Of a stretch of 64,000 nucleotides of DNA, positions 45,622 to 54,570 are shown piece after piece. The notes beneath the pieces are model-generated. The model was not told the origin of the DNA. It worked only from the letters and a program-made list of their open reading frames with translations, and did no database searches. Numbering within the stretch: the stretch's first letter is position 1; the number at the start of each line of letters is the position of its first letter. This stretch comes from an uncultured Elusimicrobia bacterium (GTDB lineage: Bacteria; Elusimicrobiota; Elusimicrobia; Elusimicrobiales; UBA9959). The stretch is taken from positions 1,389-65,388 of the forward strand of contig CAISZM010000001.1 of the NCBI GenBank assembly GCA_903889965.1, read 5' to 3'. Position numbers and translations under genes: made by a program.

Positions 45622-46323
45622 ATGTTTAAATACAAGCCGGCGCTGGCCCTGGCGGTCTGCGCCCTTTTAAGCGCCCCCGTATTTTCCGCCGACTGGGTAA
45701 TACCCCGCACCACTTACTATATAAGCGCGGAGCAGCAGGAACTGCCCGGCTTCCCGGCCCCTCCCGCCCCGGGTTCCGCGGCGGACCTCAGGGACTTGTC
45801 CGTCTTAAAGAGCTGGCAGTCCAGGCGTACTCCGGAACAGTGCGCGAAAGCGAACGCGGCCGCCAACGCCGGGTTCGAGGATTTTTTCCGGGGCATAAGT
45901 CCTTTCCCGTCTCCGCTCCCGGAGGGAGCCGCGGTCATATTTGCGCGGGTTAAGGCTGAAACCGACGGCGCGGCCGCGGGGATAAAGGAAAGGTTCAAGA
46001 GGGACCGGCCTTTTCTGCGCGACGCGTCCCTTGAGCCCTGCCTTGGCAGGATAGGCGGCCTGTCATATCCCAGCGGCCACGCGGCCATCTCGCGGATGTT
46101 CGCGCTGATGCTGGGGGACCTGGTCCCGGCCCGGAAAAAAGAGTTTCTGGCCCGCGCCGACACCGCGGCGCTTGAAAGGGTTATAGGCGGCGTCCATCAC
46201 CCTTCGGATATCGCCGCTGGGAAAGAACTTGCCGACAGGCTCTACCGCGCTTACCGCGAAAGCCCGGCCTTCCGCGCGGACATGGCGGCTCTGCGGGGCA
46301 TGCTGAAAAAGGACGCGCGGTGA
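45622..46323 (+). CDS. PAP2-family (class A acid phosphatase-like) periplasmic phosphatase
   Basis: Signal peptide MFKYKPALALAVCALLSAPVFSA. PAP2 motifs LSYPSGHAAISRMFAL and RVIGGVHHPSDIAAG. The listed ORF start (44911) is an antisense-of-ahcY extension. Confidence 0.8.
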   Translation: MFKYKPALALAVCALLSAPVFSADWVIPRTTYYISAEQQELPGFPAPPAPGSAADLRDLSVLKSWQSRRTPEQCAKANAAANAGFEDFFRGISPFPSPLPEGAAVIFARVKAETDGAAAGIKERFKRDRPFLRDASLEPCLGRIGGLSYPSGHAAISRMFALMLGDLVPARKKEFLARADTAALERVIGGVHHPSDIAAGKELADRLYRAYRESPAFRADMAALRGMLKKDAR

Positions 46324-47720
46324 AAGACCTCACTACCGGCAACGAGGGACGCCTGCTCTGGGATTTTACGGTTCCCATGCTCATAGGGAACGTCTTCCAG
46401 CAGTCCTACAACCTCGTGGACAGTATAATAGTCGGGCGCGTCATAGGGAAATCCGCGCTTGCCGCGGTAGGGGCCAGCTTTCCCATCATTTTCCTTTTAG
46501 TTTCGCTCATTATCGGCGCCACGATGGGGTTCTCCATACTGATATCGCAGTTCTTCGGAGCCAAAGATACGGGAAGCGTCCGGCGGGCCGTCGATACCGC
46601 CTACGTATTCCTCTTCAGCGCCTCGCTGCTCGCCACCGCGGCCGGGCTGGCGTTCTCCGGGAGCATACTGGCGCTCTTGAACACGCCCGCGGATATTTTC
46701 CCGCAGGCGCTGGTGTTTTTGCGCGTGACCTTCGGCGGGCTCGTTTTCCTCTTCGGCTTCAACTGTGTAAGCGCCGTGCTGCGCGGCCTGGGGGATTCCA
46801 AGACGCCGCTTTACTTCCTGGTATTTTCCACTCTTCTGAATATTTTGCTGGTTATAATCTTCGTCAAGGTGCTGCGCTGGGGCATAGCCGGTTCGGCCTG
46901 GGCCACAGTGGCCGCTCAGGGAGTTTCTTTCCTGCTGGCGGCGGCCTACCTCGACAGGACTAACCCGATGCTGAGGTTCCGGTTCAGGGGGTTCGAATTC
47001 GACCGTGTCATTTTCAGGAAAAGCATGTCTATCGGGCTCCCGTCGGGGGTGCAGCAGATGCTGGTGGCCGCGGGCATGATGGCCTTGACGCGCATAGTCA
47101 ACGGTTTCGGCACGGACGCGGTGGCTGCCTATACCGCCGCCGGGCGCATAGACACTTTCGCGGTGATGCCCGCCATGAACCTTTCCGCCGCGATCTCCAC
47201 TTTCGTAGGTCAGAATATCGGCGCCGGGAAAATGGAGCGCGTGAAAAAAGGCTTTAAAACGGCGCTTTACATCTCGGGGGCCACCTCGCTGCTGACAACG
47301 CTGGCCGTGGTGGTTTTCGGCTGGCGGCTTATCTCGATGTTCAACCCGGACCCGGCGGTGGTGAGCATAGGGGCGCGTTACCTGCTGATAGTAGGCGGCT
47401 TCTACGCGGTTTTTTCCTGCATGTTCGTTATAAACGGAGCTCTGCGCGGGGCAGGCGACGCTTTCGTCCCGATGATAATCACGGTGCTGTCGCTGTGGGT
47501 CATAAGGCTGCCGGTTTCGTCCTTTCTTTCCGGGAGGATAGGTACCGACGGCATCTGGTGGGGCGTGCCTATAGCCTGGTGCGCCGGCCTGGCGCTTGCC
47601 GCCGGCTATTATTCTACGGGGCGCTGGAAGCGGCTGTCGCTGGTGAAACCCCGTGTAGAGCCGGTGGTGCTGCCTCCGTCCGAGGAAGAGGAAGCTGAGT
47701 GGAACGTTTCGGCCTTTTAG
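46320..47720 (+). CDS. MATE-family efflux transporter
   Basis: LWDFTVPMLIGNVFQQSYNLVDSIIVGRVIGKSALAAVG and an ALRGAGDAFVPM repeat-half motif. 466 aa with 12 TM-like segments. Confidence 0.9.
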   Translation: MKDLTTGNEGRLLWDFTVPMLIGNVFQQSYNLVDSIIVGRVIGKSALAAVGASFPIIFLLVSLIIGATMGFSILISQFFGAKDTGSVRRAVDTAYVFLFSASLLATAAGLAFSGSILALLNTPADIFPQALVFLRVTFGGLVFLFGFNCVSAVLRGLGDSKTPLYFLVFSTLLNILLVIIFVKVLRWGIAGSAWATVAAQGVSFLLAAAYLDRTNPMLRFRFRGFEFDRVIFRKSMSIGLPSGVQQMLVAAGMMALTRIVNGFGTDAVAAYTAAGRIDTFAVMPAMNLSAAISTFVGQNIGAGKMERVKKGFKTALYISGATSLLTTLAVVVFGWRLISMFNPDPAVVSIGARYLLIVGGFYAVFSCMFVINGALRGAGDAFVPMIITVLSLWVIRLPVSSFLSGRIGTDGIWWGVPIAWCAGLALAAGYYSTGRWKRLSLVKPRVEPVVLPPSEEEEAEWNVSAF

Positions 47721-47728
47721 GAGGGTTT

Positions 47729-48088
47729 GTGGGCGACAATGACAGGCTTGTGTATTCGAGCGGTCCCGACGGAAAAGTGAGCTGCCCCAACTGCGGGCGC
47801 ACGCCCTGCGTCTGCCCTGGAGGGCTTGCCGGCGAGCTCCGCCGGAGGACCCAGACCGAACCTGTGCGCGTTTCTTTCAGGAGAACGGGCAAGGGCAGCG
47901 GCCTTACGCTGGTTGAAAGGCTTCCCATGCACCCGGCGGGCAAGGAAGAACTGCTGAAAAAATTCAAGGTGCGGCTGGGCACCGGCGGTACCGTGAAGCA
48001 GGGCGTTCTTGAGATACAGGGGGACCGCAGGGATCTTATAAAAGCCGAGCTTGAGGCCGCCGGGTATAAGGTGAGGCTGATAGGCTGA
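47729..48088 (+). CDS. yciH: SUI1/eIF1-family translation initiation factor-like protein (YciH)
   Basis: VRVSFRRTGKGSGLTLVERL...KVRLGTGGTVKQGVLEIQGDRRDLIKAELEAAGYKVRLIG. GTG 47729 follows AGGAGG. An alternative GTG lies at 47699. Confidence 0.8.
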   Translation: MGDNDRLVYSSGPDGKVSCPNCGRTPCVCPGGLAGELRRRTQTEPVRVSFRRTGKGSGLTLVERLPMHPAGKEELLKKFKVRLGTGGTVKQGVLEIQGDRRDLIKAELEAAGYKVRLIG

Positions 48089-48092
48089 CGCG

Positions 48093-49868
48093 TCAGGAAG
48101 CCCGCCAGTACCATTCTATCTGCACCGGGCTAGGCGCGCCGTCCTTCGCCGCCGCCCCGCCCTTTTCCTGATCAATGCGCGGCAGTATGTCGCGCAGTTT
48201 CCAGCAGCCGTCCTCCCTGCCGAAAACCCAGTATTCCGTGAAAGGCGCGGGCGCCTCGTCGCGGTGCAGCAGTTTCCCGTTGCGCCGCATGGCGCGCAGC
48301 GCCGTAGCAGTGAGCCTGGCGGTGAATTCGTCCGGGCCCGTTTTATCCTTTCCTGACGGGTTGGTCAGTACTATCTCCGCCCTGCGCGTGAAAAGACCGG
48401 CGAATTCGAAAGAGAAACCATCGGTCCGCCGTTCCTGCATTATATTTTTAAGCCTGGCCATGGTTTCGGCCGAAGCGAAATCCGCGCTAAGGATGGAACT
48501 GTCGTTCCTGCCCCAGGCTTCGTAGACGTTCTCAAAAGCCAGGGTGGCGGCTATCTCCATCCTTTGCCTGTCCCAGATATCGCCGTCCCGGGCCGCAGCC
48601 GTTTTCTCCGGGGCGGGAGGCTCGGCCGGCATGGGCGAAGAAGCGCCTGCAGCCGCCGCGGCCAGCGGTACGGCGGCGGCTGGAGAATAAGTCGGAAAAA
48701 CAGCCCGGGATACGGCGGGGGAGATAAAGGCATCCTGTGGTTCTTCCGGCAGATTCGAGGAATTCAGAAAGTCTAATTCTCCGGCTTGGTCTATACGCGC
48801 AAGCGCCCAGCGGTCGTTAAAGCGATAGAAGGTCCAGAATTCCTGGAAGGGGGCGGGCTCAGTGTCGCCGCGCAAGCGGGTATGGGTATTTGCGTCAACT
48901 GTGTAATCCAGCGCGGAGGCCGTGATAAGGACGGTAAAAGAGCGGCCTTCTTTTTGGGCGGGACAACGCACCTGCACGAAATCTATCTCTATTACCCGGA
49001 CATCCTCCATCATGTTTATCTCGCCGCGCGCCCTTATGGCCTCTACCTTGTCGCAATGTTCGGCGTAGAGATCCGGCATCATGTCGCCGCGGAGCGTGCT
49101 GTAGTCGCGCGCCTGCCACGCGATCTGCGCGCGGAGGAAAATATCTTTTACGCGCTCTTCAATGGCGTCCGGGTTGAGATCCGGGTCGCGGCCCGAAAGG
49201 CTCTGCATGATCGCGCGCGTTTTTTTATCCCTGGCTGCAAAGATGTCCCTGCGCAGGACAATGCCCTGGCCGCCGTTGTAGTCTTCGGTGTTATTGGGCT
49301 GGCGGAACAGCTCCCTCAGTACCGTTATTGCGATAAGGATCAAATAGAAAAGAGAGTTGCCCCGTCCGCCGCCCTTATTGTGGACGATAAAACCGCCGGC
49401 TATAAAAGTGTGCGGGGGGGTTACTTCAAGGTTGTAAACTTCGCTCAGTCCGCCGGTCTTTATGGACAATATCTTCGTCCACACGCAGCGTCCCCCGGCC
49501 AGGAAGGCCGCTTGCATTTCAACCGTCAGATCTCGGGCTTCCACGAAGCCGTCCCGCGTAAGAAGGGGGTGTTCGGCCGTAGTGGTCAGGCTGCCTTTCC
49601 CGGTAATGACGACCAGCAGCCGGTCGGTCTTTTTGTGGGTTCTTTTTACATCGGCCTGGACCAATCGCCCGCCGGAAAAAGCGAATACCCTGTCTCCGGC
49701 CTTTACCTTCTCTATGGGCACGTCGCCCGCCGCGGTCGCAATAAGAGTGCCGGCCGGGAAGCAGCCCCCGCCTCCCCCGCCACCCCCGCCTCCTCCGCCG
49801 CCCCCGGCCCTGGACCAGGCGGGCGCCGACGGCGCGAGCAGGATAGCCGCGATCAGCAGGTATTTCAT
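48093..49868 (-). CDS. Signal peptide - Gly14 - Hint (bacterial intein-like) domain - TM - two Tim44-like domains (591 aa)
   Basis: MKYLLIAAILLAPSAPAWS, then 14 Gly, then CFPAGTLIATAAG...TTTAEHP...VYNLEV..HTFIAGGFIVHN-KGGG. A TM helix LFYLILIAITVL follows, then ...AWQARDY...FQEFWTFYRFNDRWALARIDQ and ...AWGRNDS...FTEYWVFGREDGCWKLRDILP. Confidence 0.7.
   Translation of the reverse strand: MKYLLIAAILLAPSAPAWSRAGGGGGGGGGGGGGGCFPAGTLIATAAGDVPIEKVKAGDRVFAFSGGRLVQADVKRTHKKTDRLLVVITGKGSLTTTAEHPLLTRDGFVEARDLTVEMQAAFLAGGRCVWTKILSIKTGGLSEVYNLEVTPPHTFIAGGFIVHNKGGGRGNSLFYLILIAITVLRELFRQPNNTEDYNGGQGIVLRRDIFAARDKKTRAIMQSLSGRDPDLNPDAIEERVKDIFLRAQIAWQARDYSTLRGDMMPDLYAEHCDKVEAIRARGEINMMEDVRVIEIDFVQVRCPAQKEGRSFTVLITASALDYTVDANTHTRLRGDTEPAPFQEFWTFYRFNDRWALARIDQAGELDFLNSSNLPEEPQDAFISPAVSRAVFPTYSPAAAVPLAAAAAGASSPMPAEPPAPEKTAAARDGDIWDRQRMEIAATLAFENVYEAWGRNDSSILSADFASAETMARLKNIMQERRTDGFSFEFAGLFTRRAEIVLTNPSGKDKTGPDEFTARLTATALRAMRRNGKLLHRDEAPAPFTEYWVFGREDGCWKLRDILPRIDQEKGGAAAKDGAPSPVQIEWYWRAS
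49377..49763 (-). other. Hint/intein-like autoprocessing module (aa 36-164 of the CDS)
   Basis: It starts with Cys (TGC, 49761-49763) and ends with His-Asn (49377-49382). The +1 residue is Lys, so canonical splicing chemistry is absent. Confidence 0.6.
49764..49805 (-). repeat. 42-nt run of 14 consecutive Gly codons (C/G-only low-complexity tract)
   Basis: The plus strand reads CCCCCGCCTCCCCCGCCACCCCCGCCTCCTCCGCCGCCCCC, lying between the Cys codon and the Ala-Arg-Ser-Trp end of the signal peptide. Confidence 0.9.
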
Positions 49869-50137
49869 CAGCGCAGGGCCGCTAAGACCCCGGCGAGTAC
49901 GGCGGCCGCGATTATTATGCTGACGCCCAGTATGGCGGCCGACACTATGCGCCCGAAATAGTCGCCCACGGCCCGGTTGCCGCGTATTATTTCCTTGCCT
50001 TCGTCTATGTTCGGGGTCAGTTTATTGAGGAGCGCGGGTATGCGCGATGAGAACCAGATGAGCAGGAAACCGCCCGCGGCGCCTCCGACCAGCGCGAAGA
50101 CCAGCGCCCAAGTGATGTTTGCCAGCGTTTCGTACAT
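49868..50137 (-). CDS. DUF350-family small membrane protein (89 aa)
   Basis: ITWALVFALVGGAAGGFLLIWF...LTPNIDEGKEIIRGNRAVGDYFGRIVSAAILGVSIIIAAAV matches my memory of DUF350. Its stop overlaps the downstream ATG (ATGA). Confidence 0.6.
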   Translation of the reverse strand: MYETLANITWALVFALVGGAAGGFLLIWFSSRIPALLNKLTPNIDEGKEIIRGNRAVGDYFGRIVSAAILGVSIIIAAAVLAGVLAALR

Positions 50138-50147
50138 AAGCCTCCGT

Positions 50148-50181
50148 GACCGTAAAAGCGTAGTCTATATTTTTTACGGTC
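50148..50181 (-). promoter_or_regulatory. Perfect 10-bp inverted repeat GACCGTAAAA-N14-TTTTACGGTC abutting the DUF350 ribosome-binding site
   Basis: Read directly. On the minus strand the 3' arm is followed by ACGGAGGCTT-ATG (start 50137). Confidence 0.35.
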
Positions 50182-50402
50182 CAAAGTCATCCCTGCCGGT
50201 GAAAATGCGCTTGCGGCCGGTTATTTTTAAATAAAGCCCTCTTCCCTCGGGGCGTCCCGGGAGAGGTAAAAAGGTGCCCCGCGGCGTTTAAAATGCTAAA
50301 ATATAAGTCCGGCAGTTCCGGTTGGCCTGGTTTTCCCGTTTTACAGTTCCCGGCAAATTTTACTGCTACAGTTCACAGACCCGCACTGCGGGAACAGCTT
50401 CT

Positions 50403-52217
50403 ATGATAACGCTAAGGAACGTCTCCAAATCTTTCGGTTCGCAGGTCCTCTTCGAGGACGCCTCCCTGCAGATAAACGAGGGCGAGCGCTTCGCGCTGGT
50501 CGGGCCCAACGGCTCCGGCAAGTCCACTCTTTTCAAGATGATGCTGCGCGCCGAGGAGGCGGACGAGGGCGAGATACAGTTCAAGAAGGGCGTGGTGGTG
50601 GGGTACCTGCCGCAGGAGAACGCCCCCATCGAGGAAGGCACCGTGGTGGAGGTGACCTTGGACGGCGTGGAGGATTACGACGGCCGTATAGAGGCTGAAG
50701 CCAAAGCCATACTGATGGGGCTGGGTTTTAAAGTCACGGATTTCACGCGCAGGGTGAACACCCTGAGCGGCGGCTGGGCGATGCGCGTGGCGATGGCGAA
50801 GCTCCTGATCAAGAAGCCCGACCTGCTCCTGCTCGACGAGCCCACCAACCACCTGGACCTGGACTCGCTGCTGTGGCTGCAGCAGTACCTGGCCGGCTAC
50901 CAGGGCGCCATTTTCGTTATCTCCCACGACCGCGCCTTCGTCAACACCGTCTGCAACGCCATAGTTTCCGTGCAGGAAAAAAACCTCCGGGTCTATTACG
51001 GGGACTACGAGAATTTCCTCGCGCAGCGCGAATCCGAGAAGGAAAAGATATATTCGGCCTGGCGCCTCCAGCAGGAACAGGTAGACCAGATGAAGGATTT
51101 TATCGCCCGCAACAGGGCGCGGGTATCCACGGCTTCCCGCGTGCAGAGCATGATAAAGCGCCTGGACAAGCTGGAACTCATAGAGCTGCCGGCCGAGGTG
51201 AAGACGGTGAAGATCCGCTTCCCGCAGCCCGGCCGTACCGGCACCAAGGTGCTGGAGCTTAAGGACGTAAGCAAGATCTACGAGGTTCCCGGCCACGAGC
51301 CTATAAAGGTCTACGAGAATTTCAACTTCGAGCTGCAGCGCGGCCAGAAGATGGCCTTCGTCGGCCACAACGGCGCCGGGAAATCCACGCTTTTAAAAAT
51401 GCTGGCGGGCGTGATAGAGCCGGATTCCGGCGAGCGCGTGCTGGGGCTGAACGTGAAGACCGGCTATTTCTCCCAGCACCGCGAGGGCATACTGGACCCG
51501 CGCAAGACCGTCCTGCAGGAAGCCATGGACAATGACCGGATGAACCCGGAGCTGGTGGTGCGTACCGTGCTCGGAACCTTCCTGTTCCCGGGCGACAACG
51601 TTTTCAAGAAGACCGCCGTGCTCTCCGGCGGCGAGAAGAGCCGCCTGATGCTGGTGAAGCTGCTCATGGACCCGCCCAACGTCATACTTATGGACGAGCC
51701 CACCACGCACCTGGATATGGCTAGCGTGGACGCGCTTATAGGAGCCCTGAAGGAATTCGAAGGCACCCTCTGCTTCATCAGCCACGACATTTATTTTATA
51801 AACGCCCTGGCCGATTCCGTGGTGCACATCGAACAGGGCAAGACCACCGTCTACCCCGGCAACTACGACTATTTCCGCTACCGCCAGGACCAGATACAGG
51901 CAGCGGACGCCGCGCACCAGAAAAATAATCCGCCGGCTCAGGCCGCGCCGGCCCCGTCAACTGACTGGGAGGCTAAAAAGCGCCTGGAAGCCGAAGGCAG
52001 GAAAAAAGTGCGCCGCGTGGAAACGCTGCACAAGGAAATAGCCTATTCCCGCAAGACGGTGGAAACCCTGGCGGCCAAAATGTCCTCGCCCGAAATTTAC
52101 TCGGATTACAGGCAGGTGAAGGAACTCGGCGACAAGATACACGCCCTGGAAGCCAAGATCTCCGCGTACACCGAGGAGCTGAAGACGCTGGAGAGCGCAA
52201 ACGTAACCGCGCAATAG
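50403..52217 (+). CDS. ABC-F family ATPase (two ABC domains, no TM; Uup/YheS/EttA-like)
   Basis: LVGPNGSGKSTLFK / LSGGWAMRVAMAKLL and FVGHNGAGKSTLLK / LSGGEKSRLMLVKLL, with a C-terminal coiled coil. I prefer ATG 50403 (MITLRNVSKSF) over TTG 50322. Confidence 0.9.
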   Translation: MITLRNVSKSFGSQVLFEDASLQINEGERFALVGPNGSGKSTLFKMMLRAEEADEGEIQFKKGVVVGYLPQENAPIEEGTVVEVTLDGVEDYDGRIEAEAKAILMGLGFKVTDFTRRVNTLSGGWAMRVAMAKLLIKKPDLLLLDEPTNHLDLDSLLWLQQYLAGYQGAIFVISHDRAFVNTVCNAIVSVQEKNLRVYYGDYENFLAQRESEKEKIYSAWRLQQEQVDQMKDFIARNRARVSTASRVQSMIKRLDKLELIELPAEVKTVKIRFPQPGRTGTKVLELKDVSKIYEVPGHEPIKVYENFNFELQRGQKMAFVGHNGAGKSTLLKMLAGVIEPDSGERVLGLNVKTGYFSQHREGILDPRKTVLQEAMDNDRMNPELVVRTVLGTFLFPGDNVFKKTAVLSGGEKSRLMLVKLLMDPPNVILMDEPTTHLDMASVDALIGALKEFEGTLCFISHDIYFINALADSVVHIEQGKTTVYPGNYDYFRYRQDQIQAADAAHQKNNPPAQAAPAPSTDWEAKKRLEAEGRKKVRRVETLHKEIAYSRKTVETLAAKMSSPEIYSDYRQVKELGDKIHALEAKISAYTEELKTLESANVTAQ

Positions 52218-52296
52218 AAATTGGGGTGAGGCGGTTGCCACGGGGACCAGAGCGCAAAAACAGTCGCAGACGGGGGCTTTGTTTCGCACACCGTGC

Positions 52297-52520
52297 TCAC
52301 CCTTCCCCGTCTCAGGCTCGTCGCTTACGCAAGCCTCGCCTTCCGACAGGGTTTTGCTAACCCGGTCCCCGCGGCAGCCGCAGGGAAAGTGGTTTTGGGG
52401 CGGCGAGGGTATGGGTTCGGAGGGCCCTCACGGAGGCCGACGCTTGCGTAAGCGCGGAGGCCGAGTGGGGAGGGCGGCCACGGTGTGGCCGACCCGGTGC
52501 CCGACGGGCCCATACCCTCG
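52297..52520. repeat. Nested/interleaved inverted repeats in the 360-bp ABC-F/typA intergenic region
   Basis: Arm A (~52297-52346, core CGCTTACGCAAGC 52322-52334) is complementary to arm A' (~52430-52478, core GCTTGCGTAAGCG 52442-52454). B, CGAGGGTATGGG (52404-52415), is complementary to B', CCCATACCCTCG (52509-52520). There is also a small hairpin GGCCAC-GGT-GTGGCC (52476-52490). Confidence 0.6.
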
Positions 52521-52577
52521 GCGACCCCCGCTTGGCCGGCGTGGACATTAGAGGATTTTAAGGAGCAACAACAAAAC

Positions 52578-54416
52578 ATGCAACATGACACAGCAAAGCG
52601 CCGGCACGACCTGCGCAACATAGCCATCATCGCCCACGTCGACCACGGCAAAACCACGCTTCTCGACGCCATGCTCAAGCAGACCGGCGCCTTCCACGAC
52701 AAAAGCGGCGAGGAAGCCATCTGCATCATGGACTCCAACGACCTCGAAAGGGAGCGCGGCATCACCATTCTCTCCAAGAACACCTCCGTGCGCTACGGCG
52801 ACACCACCATACACATCGTTGACACCCCCGGCCACGCCGACTTCGGCAGCGAGGTTGAGCGCGTGCTCAGGATGGTGGACGGGGTACTGCTCCTGGTCGA
52901 CGCCCTCGACGGCCCCATGCCGCAGACCCGCTTCGTCCTCAAAAAATCCCTCGCGCTGGGCCTGAGGCCTATCGTCGTGGTGAACAAGATAGACCGTCCC
53001 AACTGCGACCCGCACGCCACGCTCGACAAGATCTTCGCCCTCTTCATGGAGCTTGGCGCCACCGACGCGCAGCTGGATTTCCCGACCATATACGCCGTGG
53101 GCCGCGACGGCTGGGCGACGCACGACTTCAAGGTGAAGACGAACGACCTTAAGCCGCTTTTCGAGACCATCATAAAGCACGTCCCGGGGCCCCTGGACCT
53201 CGACGACCAGCCGCTCAGGCTGCTGGTGACCATGCTGGACTACAGCTCTTACACCGGGCGCATAGGCGTGGGCCGCATCGTGCAGGGCAAAATAACTTCC
53301 GGCCAGCAGGTCTCCATGGGTTCCCCAACCTCCCAGCCGGTCACGCGCAAGGTGACACAGCTGCTCGGCTACAAGGGCATGGAGAGGGTAGTGATAAAGG
53401 AAGCCCGCTCCGGCGACATCGTGGCCATATCGGGACTTGAAGGCGTGGAGGTCGGCGATACCATTTCGGACGCGGAAAACCCGGGAATGCTGCCGGGGCT
53501 GGAGATAGAGCAGCCCACGGTCTCGATGGAATTCTTCGCCAACGACGGCCCCTTCTCGGGGCGCGAGGGCAAATTCGTGACCGCCACGCAGCTGCGCGAC
53601 CGGCTTTACCGCGAGCAGCAGATCAACGTGGGGCTTAAAGTCGAGGAGATACCCGGACAGAGCGGCTTCAAGGTTTCCGGCCGCGGGGAACTGCACCTCG
53701 CCATACTTATCGAGACCATGCGGCGCGAGGGCTTCGAGCTATGCGTCTCCAAGATGGTCGTGATAACCCACCTGGAGAACGGCGTAAGCGTCGAGCCGGT
53801 GGAACTCCTGATGCTGGACTCCCCGGCGGAGTTCCAGGGCGCGGTGATGAACGGCCTGGGCGCGCGCGGCGCGCAGCTTAAGAACATGACGATCGGCGAG
53901 GATGGCCGCGTAAGGTTCGAGTATGTCATTTCCTCGCGGGCGCTTATCGGTTTTAAATCGGAATTCCTGACCTTTACCAAGGGTTCGGGCCTGATGCACC
54001 ACAGTTTCCACGGCTTTCTCCCGGAAGGCGGCTTCAACCGCCCGAACCGGAACGGGGTATTTATAGCCAAGGAATCCGGCAAGTCAGCCGGCTACGCCCT
54101 CAACGGACTGCAGGACCACGGCATAATGTTCATCGGAGCCGGCGAGGATGTTTACCTGGGCCAGATAGTAGGCGAACATTGCCGCGCCAACGACCTTGTC
54201 ACCAACCCGTGCAAGGAAAAGAAGCAGACCAATATGCGTTCCTCCACCTCCGACATGTCCATAGTCCTGACCCCTCACCGCCAGATGAGCCTGGAGCAGG
54301 CCATAGAGTACGTCGAGGAAGACGAGTTCGTGGAAGTGACGCCGAAGAGCCTGCGCCTGCGCAAGAAGGTGCTGGACCACAGCCTGCGCAAGCGCGGCGA
54401 AAAGGTTGACGATTAA
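52578..54416 (+). CDS. typA: Translational GTPase TypA/BipA
   Basis: [42 protein letters not shown], plus the BipA-type C-terminal domain. ATG 52578 follows AAGGAG. Confidence 0.95.
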   Translation: MQHDTAKRRHDLRNIAIIAHVDHGKTTLLDAMLKQTGAFHDKSGEEAICIMDSNDLERERGITILSKNTSVRYGDTTIHIVDTPGHADFGSEVERVLRMVDGVLLLVDALDGPMPQTRFVLKKSLALGLRPIVVVNKIDRPNCDPHATLDKIFALFMELGATDAQLDFPTIYAVGRDGWATHDFKVKTNDLKPLFETIIKHVPGPLDLDDQPLRLLVTMLDYSSYTGRIGVGRIVQGKITSGQQVSMGSPTSQPVTRKVTQLLGYKGMERVVIKEARSGDIVAISGLEGVEVGDTISDAENPGMLPGLEIEQPTVSMEFFANDGPFSGREGKFVTATQLRDRLYREQQINVGLKVEEIPGQSGFKVSGRGELHLAILIETMRREGFELCVSKMVVITHLENGVSVEPVELLMLDSPAEFQGAVMNGLGARGAQLKNMTIGEDGRVRFEYVISSRALIGFKSEFLTFTKGSGLMHHSFHGFLPEGGFNRPNRNGVFIAKESGKSAGYALNGLQDHGIMFIGAGEDVYLGQIVGEHCRANDLVTNPCKEKKQTNMRSSTSDMSIVLTPHRQMSLEQAIEYVEEDEFVEVTPKSLRLRKKVLDHSLRKRGEKVDD

Positions 54417-54570
54417 CCTGGATCCTGCAGTTCAGAATGCTTTACACTGAAAAAATATGGGAACAGAATTATTCTGCAGGATTCCCCGCGAAGCGGGCGG
54501 AGGGCCAAGCGCTATGCGCGCCAGGCCCGAGGAGGCGTATACCTCCCGAAGGGCGCTCGCTGTGCGGGCG

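Noticed and set aside
48083-48098. Palindrome CTGACGCGTCAG spanning the stop codons of convergent yciH and the Hint gene
   Set aside because: It follows from two TGA stops 4 nt apart on opposite strands. The stem is too short and has no T-run, so it cannot be called a terminator.
48786-49961. 391-aa plus-strand ORF overlapping the Hint/Tim44 gene
   Set aside because: It is antisense to an ORF with recognisable Hint and Tim44-like motifs. Its translation is low-complexity and has no RBS context.
52279-52551. 90-aa ORF in the ABC-F/typA intergenic region
   Set aside because: It is a Pro/Arg/Gly-rich sequence with no RBS, and it coincides with the inverted-repeat arms. I treat it as non-coding structured DNA/RNA.
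50412-53696. Long minus-strand ORFs 50412-51368 and 52548-53696
   Set aside because: They are antisense to the ABC-F ATPase and to typA, both of which carry unmistakable Walker/GTPase motifs. Their translations are His/Val/Gly-rich mirror artefacts.
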